Below are positions 63,831-64,000 of a stretch of 64,000 nucleotides of DNA, in pieces. Position 1 is the first letter of the stretch; every line of letters begins with the position of its first letter. Origin of the DNA: Octopus bimaculoides (lineage: Eukaryota); assembly GCF_001194135.2 (NCBI RefSeq), contig NC_069000.1, forward strand, positions 22,269,397-22,333,396, written 5' to 3'. The position numbers and the translations under genes are program-made. The notes under the pieces were generated by a model. That model searched no databases. It saw only the letters and a program-made list of their open reading frames with translations, and had not been told where the DNA came from.

Positions 63831-64000
63831 GGTTAATAACTAAGACAATTNNNNNNNNNNCAACAGCTAACTTCACTCCCCACATTGGCTGCATACACAG
63901 ATGATGAAAGAGTAAGAAATCCCCACCAAATATTACTACCAAGCACAATAGAAGAGCAAGATTAGTTTAATAATTAACTAAGGCAGTTTGTAATCATGGC

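Overview
AT-rich eukaryotic genomic DNA, dense in microsatellites and interrupted by many N gaps. The SINE, RTE-tail and MITE families match repeats I recall from octopus genomes, so a cephalopod origin is inferred, not proven. I found no convincing host protein-coding gene, rRNA, true tRNA or CRISPR array; the window reads as a large intron or gene desert. Nearly all recognisable content is transposon debris: tRNA-headed SINEs with interchangeable tails (my labels S1, S2, S4); RTE-clade LINE fragments of several ages, including an RT fragment carrying a PHD-like finger; an L1/Tx1 3' end; an R4-clade restriction-like endonuclease fragment; three decayed mariner/maT transposons; TTAA-flanked piggyBac-like MITEs; a probable Gypsy LTR with PBS; and Penelope-like remnants with degenerate minimal hammerhead motifs. 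The most unusual structure is a 128-bp-arm palindrome with a hammerhead-like core, nested in a Tc1/mariner MITE (20254-20791). Coordinates and counts were made by hand and are approximate; family assignments are from memory and need Dfam/Repbase confirmation.
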